Assembly: GCA_016293205.1 (NCBI GenBank)
Contig: JAEDES010000004.1
Span: 4,321 to 68,320, forward strand
Direction: 5' to 3'
Length of the DNA: 64,000 bases
From: Bacilli bacterium
GTDB lineage: Bacteria > Bacillota_I > Bacilli_A > RF39 > UBA660
Shown piece after piece: positions 8,059 to 16,207 of the stretch. The notes beneath the pieces are model-generated. The model made no database searches. It was not told the DNA's origin and saw nothing but the letters and a program-made list of their open reading frames with translations. The first letter of the stretch is position 1. Each line of letters opens with the position of its first letter. A program made the translations under genes and the position numbers.

Positions 8059-8898
8059 ATGAGTTATAAAGATGAATTAGTAGTAGATAAAAAGAAGGAA
8101 AAACATAAAAAAAGAAGAAAGAATAGTTCTAATGAAGTATTAAATGTCTTTATAGTTTTATTTATATTTGTAGCATGTATGAGTGTTTTTTATGTTGTAA
8201 TTACTAGATTAGAAGATACTAATAACGATGGTAGATTAATTGATGAATTATTTAAAGGTAAAATGGAAGAACTTGATTTAACTAATGAAGATGTTAGTAT
8301 GTTATATAATATTTTTGCTGAAGATAGTCAGTTAAAATTAGAATATGGTGAAAAGATTAATAAAAGTATTCATTCTAAATTATTCTTTACATTTAATGCT
8401 TTAAGAGAAGAATTTAAAGAAGTTAGTTGTGATGAAATGGGATTAGTTATTTTATATGATGAATCTAATTATGTAAGTGCAATGTGCTCTATGGATTTTC
8501 AAGAAACTGATAAAATCGAAAATAAAGAAAAAGAAATTAGAACAAGAACAACTTATGGTATAAGCGAAAAGAAATTTAAGAAAAAATATAAAGAATTATT
8601 TGGTGAAGATGCTGAATATAAAAAATTAGATTTTGAACATAGTTTAGGTCAAATAATGCATTATGATTCTAGAAGTGATATGTATGTTAAATACTATAAT
8701 GAAGTTGAATCAAATACTGAAGTTATTAGTGCAGCATTTAAAGATGCTACATTAAGAAGTAATGAGTTAACTATTGGTATAAATTATGTTACAACTACAA
8801 TGGCTGGTGCTAAAAGAGAATACTATGTTAATTATACTTTTAAGAAACTTGATGACCATAAATATAAATTTTTAGAAAGAAAAGAAGTTGATAACTAG
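8059..8898 (+). CDS. hypothetical membrane-anchored protein
   Basis: Basic N-terminus, one TM helix (VFIVLFIFVACMSVFYVVI), then a soluble domain. AAGGTGA RBS. Confidence 0.6.
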   Translation: MSYKDELVVDKKKEKHKKRRKNSSNEVLNVFIVLFIFVACMSVFYVVITRLEDTNNDGRLIDELFKGKMEELDLTNEDVSMLYNIFAEDSQLKLEYGEKINKSIHSKLFFTFNALREEFKEVSCDEMGLVILYDESNYVSAMCSMDFQETDKIENKEKEIRTRTTYGISEKKFKKKYKELFGEDAEYKKLDFEHSLGQIMHYDSRSDMYVKYYNEVESNTEVISAAFKDATLRSNELTIGINYVTTTMAGAKREYYVNYTFKKLDDHKYKFLERKEVDN

Positions 8899-8916
8899 AA
8901 ATAGTTATCTTTTTTT
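8890..8916 (+). terminator. rho-independent terminator
   Basis: GATAACT-AGAAAT-AGTTATC followed by T7. It overlaps the stop codon. Confidence 0.75.
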
Positions 8917-8961
8917 GTATATATTTTTTATTTTGTTTAATACTATTATTGGAGGGATAAT

Positions 8962-9402
8962 ATGGAGAAGGAAGATAATAATATAAAAGTATTAGATGAA
9001 GCGAATAAAGGTTGTTGTATGGGAAGAGATGCCTTAGAAGTAATTATGGAAAAGTCAGATAATAAAGAATTTAATGAGTGTTTAAAAAAATATTATGATT
9101 AATACGATAAAATAAGTAATAAGATGGAAGATCTATATGATGAGTTTAGTAATGAAGAAATAGATGAAACTTCCAAGATGGAAAAGACTATGACTTGGTA
9201 TGGTATAAATATGAGAACAATGATGGATGATTCTACTTCTAAGTATGCTGAATTAATATTGCAAGGTGCTAATATGGGGATTATTGAAGGTAGAAGATTA
9301 TTAAATCATAATAAAGAGATTGATAGTGAAGTTAATAAGGTTGTAGATGAATTTGTAAAGATGCAAGAAAAGATGGTTGAAGAATTAAAAGAATATTTGT
9401 AG
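8962..9402 (+). pseudogene. helical-bundle (possibly DUF2383/ferritin-like) protein gene interrupted by an in-frame TAA at 9100-9102
   Basis: The ATG at 8962 has a strong GGAGGG RBS. The reading frame is identical on both sides of the TAA. The downstream ATG at 9124 has no RBS. Confidence 0.45.
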
Positions 9403-9425
9403 AGTTTACTACTCTACTTTTTATT
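9399..9425 (+). terminator. rho-independent terminator
   Basis: GTAGAGT-TTACT-ACTCTAC followed by TTTTTATTT. Confidence 0.8.
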
Positions 9426-9461
9426 TGTCTTAATATGATATAATTTTTATAGGTGATTTGA

Positions 9462-10142
9462 ATGTATATAATTCAAAAGAATTTAAATAGACTTAGTAAT
9501 TATCAACCTACTTTCTTTTTAGATCCTAAAGAACAAAATGAATTAAAAAGAAAATTAAAGAAAGATGAATATAAAGTATTTAAGCCTTTTAATGATAGTG
9601 AAAAAGTAATTTTTTATATAGATGAAGAGCCTGAAGTTATTTTATATGAAATTAAATCTAAACAAGAATTAAGACATCAAGATATACTAGGTACTATGTA
9701 TTCATTAAATATATCTCCAGAAATGTTTGGAGATATTATTCTTTATGATGGTAGATATTTTATATATGTTCTTAAGTTATTTCAAAACTATTTTGAGATG
9801 AATTTTACTAAAGTAAGAAATAGTTCTGTAGAATTAGTAAGTTTAGATATTTCATATTTAGAAGATTATGAAAGAGATTACGAAGAAATTGAATTAATTG
9901 TATCTAGTGAAAGAATTGATACTGTTATAAGTAGTATTATTCATTCTAATAGAAATGTTATAAAAGATAAAATTAAAGATAAAGAGATTTTATTAAATCA
10001 TGATTTATTAAAGAATAATTCTTATATATTAAAATCAGGAGATGTTTTTAGTATTAGGAAATTTGGTAAATATAAATATGTTGGAATTATTAAGAGTACA
10101 AAAAAAGATAACTATATTGTTAAGTGCTTAAAATACTTATAA
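9462..10142 (+). CDS. YlmH-like S4-domain RNA-binding protein
   Basis: Central HQDILGTMYSLNISPEMFGDI and a C-terminal S4-like segment (RIDTVISSIIHSNRNVIKDKIKDKEILLNH). TGATATAAT at 9436-9444 upstream. Confidence 0.65.
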   Translation: MYIIQKNLNRLSNYQPTFFLDPKEQNELKRKLKKDEYKVFKPFNDSEKVIFYIDEEPEVILYEIKSKQELRHQDILGTMYSLNISPEMFGDIILYDGRYFIYVLKLFQNYFEMNFTKVRNSSVELVSLDISYLEDYERDYEEIELIVSSERIDTVISSIIHSNRNVIKDKIKDKEILLNHDLLKNNSYILKSGDVFSIRKFGKYKYVGIIKSTKKDNYIVKCLKYL

Positions 10143-10145
10143 TAG

Positions 10146-10973
10146 TTATCTTTTTTTAGTGTAGACAAATATACCTGCTTTAGAGTCTGGAAATTGTTCA
10201 AATGTTATATTTTCGTCTTGAAAGAAGTCTTTAACTTTGTCAGATAAATCATATGAATATGATATAGTTTCTCCACCTACTCTTAGAGGGAGTCTTCTTA
10301 ATAATTCTTTATGATGATGTGGATTATTATAATTCCATATATTAGATAAGTTTATAAAATCATAGTCTTGATCAAAATCCATTGTATAAATATTACCTTC
10401 TTTTGTTTTAAGAGAAATTGCTGGGATTAACTCTCTTAAACGATAATAGTTTTCTTTTGTAAGATATGGGTTTTGTCTAATATGGTATGAAGGAATTACT
10501 GTTTCTCTTGAAAACATTGATGATTCATAAATGTCATACCAATCAAAGTATGAAAATAAACTATCCCAAAACTCTTTATCATCTTTTGGTAGAGAATTTG
10601 ATATTTTATCGTACATGTCATCATATATTTCAGATGTTGTGGTTGATTCAAAGAAGAAGTATATAAATTCTTCATATGATAAATTTAGGACTGCTGCTAG
10701 TTTTAAATATAAAAAATATTTAGGAAAACGGCTTATATCAAATGCTGTTATTGAATTTGGAGAGACAAGCATACTATTTAATACTTGATCTGATGAACCT
10801 AATGTTGTAAGTATATCTTTTTTTCCTAATATGTGATGTTGATAATCTACTTGTTTTTCATTAGTTCCTTTATAAATTACTGAAGTATTATGAAAAGCAG
10901 TACCATTTATATTACTTTTTGAACCGCTTACAAGTTGCTGAGCTATTATAATATCTTGATGTAATTTATTCAT
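10146..10973 (-). CDS. hypothetical protein, possible DUF3419/BtaA-like SAM-dependent enzyme
   Basis: NEKQVDYQHHILGKKDILTTLGSSDQVLNSMLVSPNSITAFDISRFPKYFLYLKLAAVLNLSYEEF resembles the N-terminal pattern of DUF3419 as I remember it. Own TGCTATAAT element at 10997-11005. Confidence 0.4.
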   Translation of the reverse strand: MNKLHQDIIIAQQLVSGSKSNINGTAFHNTSVIYKGTNEKQVDYQHHILGKKDILTTLGSSDQVLNSMLVSPNSITAFDISRFPKYFLYLKLAAVLNLSYEEFIYFFFESTTTSEIYDDMYDKISNSLPKDDKEFWDSLFSYFDWYDIYESSMFSRETVIPSYHIRQNPYLTKENYYRLRELIPAISLKTKEGNIYTMDFDQDYDFINLSNIWNYNNPHHHKELLRRLPLRVGGETISYSYDLSDKVKDFFQDENITFEQFPDSKAGIFVYTKKR

Positions 10974-11027
10974 AGTCTTTCTCCTTTTTAGTGGTTATTA
11001 TAGCATATTAAAGCAAATTAAAAAAAC

Positions 11028-11540
11028 TTATTTTAGTTTTCTGCCGTGTAGGCACCAGAAATAAAATAAGTTACAATTAAATCTAAATGGCGGTTTTAAA
11101 TATGAATAAAATTCCATATTTGATTTATCATATTCACCTTTTGCGAAATCTTCAAAATTATTTCTAAAATAGTCTAATATTTCACTTAGTGAGTTGTATT
11201 CATGAATACCTTTTTGGTTTTGCCATGAGGCTTCAAACCAATACCATTTATTATTATAATTAAATACTGTAAATGTATGACATGGTAATTTTCTGTGTTT
11301 TTTTAATACTGCAAAGATTGTTTTATGTTTAATTTTTCTTTTCTTAAAGTATTTTCTTTGTAATTCACACATTTCCCAGCAAATCGCATGATTTGTTTTT
11401 TCAATATTTTTTACAGATTGCATTTTATAATCTTTCACGAAGTTTCCTTCTGTTAGTTTTTCATGTAGTTGACCATTCTTTGTATGCCATCCATATTTTA
11501 TATCTTTTATATCACTATAAAACTTTTTTATGTTTATCAT
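11028..11540 (-). CDS. hypothetical protein, possible transglutaminase-like/papain-fold cysteine enzyme
   Basis: Candidate Cys (HAICWEMCE) and His (CHTFTVF...WYWFEASW) arrangement. 4-nt ATGA overlap with the upstream gene. Confidence 0.35.
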   Translation of the reverse strand: MINIKKFYSDIKDIKYGWHTKNGQLHEKLTEGNFVKDYKMQSVKNIEKTNHAICWEMCELQRKYFKKRKIKHKTIFAVLKKHRKLPCHTFTVFNYNNKWYWFEASWQNQKGIHEYNSLSEILDYFRNNFEDFAKGEYDKSNMEFYSYLKPPFRFNCNLFYFWCLHGRKLK

Positions 11541-11797
11541 TTTACTAAAGATTCTTCCTTTATCTTTATTAATGCTTGCGCTAATTGGTCACCACATGAA
11601 GTCTTTTTAAAATTACATGTTATTCCTTGTAATTTATTTATTATAGTATCAATATCTTGTCCTTCTACTAATGAAGATACTGCTTTTAAATTTCCATTAC
11701 ATCCACCAGTATATTTTACATTATAGATTTTATTATCTTTTATATCAAAATCTATTTCTGTTGAACATACACCTGATGTTTTATATGTATGATGCAT
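11537..11797 (-). CDS. TSCPD-domain small 4-Cys protein (TIGR03905-like)
   Basis: 86 aa: GVCSTEIDFDI...YTGGCNGNLKAVSSLVEG...GITCNFKKTSCGDQLAQAL. Confidence 0.7.
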   Translation of the reverse strand: MHHTYKTSGVCSTEIDFDIKDNKIYNVKYTGGCNGNLKAVSSLVEGQDIDTIINKLQGITCNFKKTSCGDQLAQALIKIKEESLVK

Positions 11798-11798
11798 A

Positions 11799-13031
11799 TT
11801 ATTTACCTCCTTTTAATTTTTTTAATAATTTAATTAGGTAATACTCCTTTTTAAGCGGTAATTCGAATTCACCAATAAGTTCTTCTACATAACCATTAAA
11901 TCTTCTCTTAAATTCGTATATTCCATAGTCTTTTGGATGTTCATTGATGTTTGCAGGAATACCATAAAAATTATGCTTTTTAAAATTGTGTTCTATTCCA
12001 TATTTGATTAATTCCCATTGAATTATGTATTGAGAATTAAATCTCATATATTCTTCATAGTTTCCACCAGCTAAATAGATAACTTCAGGATCAATTAAGA
12101 TAAACATTGAGCCAGATAAGGTAATAATATCTTTTCCTGTTGTTTTCATTATTTCTTTAGCTTCATCTATTCTTTTATCTAAACTTTCAATTTCACTAAT
12201 TATATTATTTCTTTGACCTTCATTATCCTTGTCATCTTTTAACTTAGATAGTTTTTCTTCTTTTTCTTGTTTTGTTTCTTTTAATTTTTCTATATATTCT
12301 TTTAAATTAAGTTCTGTTACATAATATTTAACTTCATTTGAATCATGAAATAAATCATACATATTTTGGTAGTATTCAAGATTACGTACAGCGAAGTTTT
12401 TTCTTGCACCTGTTTTTTCCATAATATTTTGGAATCTATCTAATTCGTCATATGATAACTCAGTCATTGTTATACCTAGTTTTTCGGCTTTACGAATAGT
12501 ATTTCTTGTACTAGATTGCATTTCTTTTAAGATTTGTTCTTCTGATTTACCTTCTAGTCCTAGAGAGAACATCCAACCTACTTGTTCCATATTTTCATTT
12601 TTTACTTTTTTAAATCCAAGTGATGTTAAGTATTCTACTACATGAGAATTATCTTCTCCCCCTTCTACTATGTCACCATTAATATCTCTTTGTTTGTAGA
12701 TTACATAAGGATCAATTCTTAGGATATATCCATTTTTTGACTTTGCAAACTCTTTTACTTTTTCTACAAAGAATGTTAATAATTCTTTATTATTGTAATC
12801 TAGTAGAAATCCTCTTGGTGAATAAAATTCATTTACATTAAATTTCCTTTTATGGGATAAAAGTAATGCTGCAGCAACTACTTTTTTATTTTCCTTTACT
12901 CCTACAAAGTATGATTTCCAATTTGTTTTTTCTCTTAATTTAGCAATTTTAGGAGCGGAAAGGAAAGTTTTTTGCGGATGATTTTCCCAAAATTTTTGAT
13001 ATTCTTTTTCTGTTAATTCTACAAAGTCCAT
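11799..13031 (-). CDS. FemAB/MurM-family peptidoglycan interpeptide-bridge aminoacyltransferase
   Basis: 410 aa. N-terminal FLSAPKIAKLRE...FYSPRGFLLDY, a central coiled-coil insertion (KEYIEKLKETKQEKEEKLSKL...) and C-terminal NFYGI...GIYEFKRRFNG. Confidence 0.85.
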   Translation of the reverse strand: MDFVELTEKEYQKFWENHPQKTFLSAPKIAKLREKTNWKSYFVGVKENKKVVAAALLLSHKRKFNVNEFYSPRGFLLDYNNKELLTFFVEKVKEFAKSKNGYILRIDPYVIYKQRDINGDIVEGGEDNSHVVEYLTSLGFKKVKNENMEQVGWMFSLGLEGKSEEQILKEMQSSTRNTIRKAEKLGITMTELSYDELDRFQNIMEKTGARKNFAVRNLEYYQNMYDLFHDSNEVKYYVTELNLKEYIEKLKETKQEKEEKLSKLKDDKDNEGQRNNIISEIESLDKRIDEAKEIMKTTGKDIITLSGSMFILIDPEVIYLAGGNYEEYMRFNSQYIIQWELIKYGIEHNFKKHNFYGIPANINEHPKDYGIYEFKRRFNGYVEELIGEFELPLKKEYYLIKLLKKLKGGK

Positions 13032-13032
13032 A

Positions 13033-13923
13033 TTAAATAATCTCCTCGTCCTCTATGTCTACTTCCCTTTTAACTTCTTTTTTCTTTGGTTCTTCTTTTT
13101 TAATTTCAACCTTTTTAGGTTCTTGTTTAACTACTTTTTTAGGTTCTTCTTTCTTAGTTGTCTTCTTAGTAGTTTTCTTTGGCTCTTCTTTTTTTGTTGT
13201 CTTCTTTTGTTCTGGTAACATCTTAGACATCTTATCTAATTTTTTCTTAGTACTTTTTACTGTTTCATCTATTACATCATCTAGATTGTCAACAATCTTA
13301 TCTTTATCTAAAATAGTAAAGATTAATAAGAAAATCATAATCATTAATAATATTAATGTTGCGAATAATATTATATTAAAGTATTCTCTTTTATCTTGAG
13401 TTGTATCTAAATAGCTGTTTGTTAAATAATTTTCAAAATTTTCAGATGTTATTTCTATTTTGTTTTCTTTTGGTAAGAAATTGTCAATATTATTTAGTGC
13501 CATCTCTTTTAGTTCTTCACTTATGATAGATGGATATCCATATACTTTTAATGGTTCTGGTTCTTCAGTAATTCTTTCATATGAGTAATCAATTATATCT
13601 TTATATTTTGCATAATTATCTTCGTCTATAGCGACTAAATAAGTTCTCCATTCACCAGTGTCATCTAATTCTATTACAAAGTGAATTCCAATATTTTCTT
13701 CTTCATAATATGCAAATTTTTCAGACATACGTGAAATTTCAATATATGAATATTCTTCCACTGATTCTACTTCTGACCAGCGTACCATATTATTTTTTTG
13801 CTCAAATAGTTTGTATGAACATACAAATAGTATCATTATTACTATTAAGTATACAGTACATGCTAAAAACTTAATTATTAATCTTTTTTCATTAACCTTT
13901 TTCTTCTTTTTTGTTTTTTTCAT
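13033..13923 (-). CDS. membrane protein with a Lys/Glu/Pro/Thr-rich repetitive C-terminal tail
   Basis: Two TM helices flank a ~150-aa loop. The tail reads KKTTKKEEPKKTTKKTTKKEEPKKVVKQEPKKVEIKKEEPKKKEVK. Confidence 0.6.
   Translation of the reverse strand: MKKTKKKKKVNEKRLIIKFLACTVYLIVIMILFVCSYKLFEQKNNMVRWSEVESVEEYSYIEISRMSEKFAYYEEENIGIHFVIELDDTGEWRTYLVAIDEDNYAKYKDIIDYSYERITEEPEPLKVYGYPSIISEELKEMALNNIDNFLPKENKIEITSENFENYLTNSYLDTTQDKREYFNIILFATLILLMIMIFLLIFTILDKDKIVDNLDDVIDETVKSTKKKLDKMSKMLPEQKKTTKKEEPKKTTKKTTKKEEPKKVVKQEPKKVEIKKEEPKKKEVKREVDIEDEEII
13036..13221 (-). repeat. low-complexity coding repeat (KKxEEPKK units)
   Basis: Reiterated cttcttt/ttcttagt-type units in the DNA; imperfect short tandem units in the protein. 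Confidence 0.6.
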
Positions 13924-13954
13924 ATTTGTTTACCTCTACTATCTAATAATACCA

Positions 13955-13984
13955 TAAAAATAAAAATCTAGGAATATCCTAGAC
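13955..13984 (-). terminator. rho-independent terminator
   Basis: TCTAGGA-ATA-TCCTAGA, followed on the minus strand by TTTTTATTTTT. Confidence 0.6.
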
Positions 13985-13996
13985 TTAATATTTAAT

Positions 13997-14797
13997 TTAT
14001 TCTGTTATTTTTTTTAATTTAAGAGTGAATCTTTCTATCCATTTATGATCATCTCTATCTTTAATATATAAGAATCCAAATATTGAGAATATTGTAGCTC
14101 CTATAAAGTTTACGAATAAGTCTTTCATAGTATCAATTATTCCAATATCTAGGTATCCTTCTATTACTAATTTTTCTCCATTATTATATGTTATTTCAGT
14201 TTTATCTATGTTGTCTACGACTATCATTTCATTATTTTTATCAAGATGCTTTGTTTGAAAAACTTCAACAATACGATCTTTTTGCATATCTTGTTTAAAA
14301 TAATAATCTGCAGTAAATTCAAAGAATTCCCACATTACTCCAACTGTCATAGAAAAGCAAAATGATACTAATGCTACAAAGACAGGAGTCATATTAATAT
14401 GAAATTTATCTGTCCTATTTAAAATATCTACTGTAGAAAACCCTACTGCGGCACATAAAAATCCATTTAGCGTATGTAACATTGTATCCCAATGCTCAAA
14501 TATTCCATAGAAGTTTTGAATTTCTCCACATATTTCAGCAGCATATATGAATAAGTAAACAATTATTTCTAATGTTTGAGGCATTTCAATCTTAAATGTT
14601 CTAGAAAATGATCCTGGGAATGTGAATAGTACTAATGTTAAGATACATAAGAATACGTTATTCCAGTTTCCATGCATTGCTTGCGCTACTGCTGATACTA
14701 TTACTAAAAATCTTAATACAATGTAAACAATTATAGTCGTTCTTCTATTTTGAAGTTTTTTTCTTATCTCTTCTTTATTTTGATTTGCTTTTTTCAT
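13997..14797 (-). CDS. polytopic membrane protein, function unknown
   Basis: Five to six hydrophobic helices plus a C-terminal soluble segment. 1-nt overlap with the upstream lipid kinase gene. Confidence 0.6.
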   Translation of the reverse strand: MKKANQNKEEIRKKLQNRRTTIIVYIVLRFLVIVSAVAQAMHGNWNNVFLCILTLVLFTFPGSFSRTFKIEMPQTLEIIVYLFIYAAEICGEIQNFYGIFEHWDTMLHTLNGFLCAAVGFSTVDILNRTDKFHINMTPVFVALVSFCFSMTVGVMWEFFEFTADYYFKQDMQKDRIVEVFQTKHLDKNNEMIVVDNIDKTEITYNNGEKLVIEGYLDIGIIDTMKDLFVNFIGATIFSIFGFLYIKDRDDHKWIERFTLKLKKITE

Positions 14798-15729
14798 TAC
14801 TCCATTTCTTCTCCTTCAAATAAATATACTAAATTATCTTTAGGTGTCATCATCTTCATGCATTTTTCTACACCAAATGTAAATTTTGTTGTAGCGGTTT
14901 TATATTCTTCTCCATCAATACACCATGATGTTTTTGGTGGATCAAGAAATTCTATTTCAAAATTATTTGTTGAATAATAAGTAATACCAGGAACATATTT
15001 TATGTCTCTTGTACTTATCATTACTAATAGTTTTAATAATTCTTTTTTATTTTTGGCACTTGCCATTGCAACTTCAAATTTATTATCATCAAGTTTCATA
15101 TCGAAATAAATATCATTTACACCAGCTACTCTTGATGAGTTTGTTATAAAGAAGAAAGCATAGTTTCCTTCGTGTGTTTCCCCATCTATTGTATATTTGA
15201 CATCATAAGTATGAATTTTATTTCTTAGTTGTTTTAATCCATACATGATGTAGGCAATTTTACCATATTTCTTTTTTAATTCTCTTGGAGTATTATAAGC
15301 CATGTCTATATAGTCGCCTAAACAAGCAACATATATAAATGGTGTATCATTTATAGAACATACATCTATTTTTTTTGGTTTTCCACTTAAAAGTAATTCT
15401 AAGTTTTTTACCATATTTTTTGTATATCCATACATGTTGGCAACATCATTTGTACTTCCCATAGGTAAATTAGCAATAACTAGTTTTTTATCACGACGCA
15501 TATTTCCAGTTACTACTTCATTTAATGTTCCGTCTCCTCCAGCACTAATTACCAAATCAATATCATTTGGCAGATTTTCAATTATTTCAGAGGCATGGTT
15601 TTTGCGTTCAGTAAACATGATTTCAGTTTCGTAACTATATTTTCTTAAAATGTCATAAAATTCTTTGTATCCAGAAAGTTTTTTTGCTTTTCCACTTTCT
15701 GGATTCATTATAATTACACTTTTTTTCAT
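14797..15729 (-). CDS. diacylglycerol kinase-family lipid kinase (DagK/YegS-like)
   Basis: IIMNPESGK and SAGGDGTLNEV motifs. Start moved to the ATG at 15727-15729 (MKKSV) after GAGGGA. TGATATAAT at 15755-15763. Confidence 0.85.
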   Translation of the reverse strand: MKKSVIIMNPESGKAKKLSGYKEFYDILRKYSYETEIMFTERKNHASEIIENLPNDIDLVISAGGDGTLNEVVTGNMRRDKKLVIANLPMGSTNDVANMYGYTKNMVKNLELLLSGKPKKIDVCSINDTPFIYVACLGDYIDMAYNTPRELKKKYGKIAYIMYGLKQLRNKIHTYDVKYTIDGETHEGNYAFFFITNSSRVAGVNDIYFDMKLDDNKFEVAMASAKNKKELLKLLVMISTRDIKYVPGITYYSTNNFEIEFLDPPKTSWCIDGEEYKTATTKFTFGVEKCMKMMTPKDNLVYLFEGEEME

Positions 15730-15825
15730 GAATCCCTCAACTCCTAACAAGATTATTATATCATTATTTTTTATTTTTACTATATTTTTATATTATTTCA
15801 CATAATCATCAAAAAAGAATTATGA

Positions 15826-16206
15826 CTATTCATCATAATTCCATAATCCAAGTTTTCCTTTTATTGGGATTGGCTTATCATACTTCTTTACATTTTCTAA
15901 TTTCCAAGCGTATGTTTCTACATGATTACTTCTACCATATACTATAGGATCTATATCACGTAGTTCTTTATTAAATTTTTCATCCACTAAGATACAATCT
16001 ACTAATTCTGCTTCTCCTATTATGGCACCTAATTCATAATTACAATTATATGATTCAAATCTTTTGACCATATCTTTTTCTAGAGACATTCCAGCATGTA
16101 TTAATATTTTTCCTCGATATTTGGTTTTCCAACTTCTAAATTCATATTTCTTATAACCATCTACTATAAGAGATGCCCATGGTTGTTTTATGGTTAGTGC
16201 TTTCAT
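15826..16206 (-). CDS. ASCH-domain protein
   Basis: MKALTIKQPWASLIVDGYKKYEFRSWKTKYRGKILIHAG is the typical ASCH/PUA-like N-terminus. Begins 1 nt after the GT2 gene stop. Confidence 0.8.
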   Translation of the reverse strand: MKALTIKQPWASLIVDGYKKYEFRSWKTKYRGKILIHAGMSLEKDMVKRFESYNCNYELGAIIGEAELVDCILVDEKFNKELRDIDPIVYGRSNHVETYAWKLENVKKYDKPIPIKGKLGLWNYDE

Positions 16207-16207
16207 T

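Noticed and set aside
8901-8916. The 16-mer atagttatcttttttt occurs twice (8901-8916 and 10142-10157), checked as a possible dispersed repeat or shared terminator.
   Set aside because: The first copy is the 3' arm plus T-tract of a real hairpin. The second has no matching 5' arm and is simply the reverse-strand coding end (YTKKR*) of ORF 10146-10973. The match is probably chance in AT-rich sequence.
13036-13221. Short reiterated DNA units, checked as a possible CRISPR or minisatellite.
   Set aside because: The units are imperfect and in frame, lie inside a CDS, and have no spacer-like unique segments or cas genes. This is a coding low-complexity repeat.
15826-16206. ASCH gene considered as a marker of a prophage or mobile island.
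   Set aside because: No integrase, recombinase, capsid, terminase or transposase ORFs, no att-like direct repeats and no tRNA occur anywhere in the window. The gene is embedded in the glycan operon.
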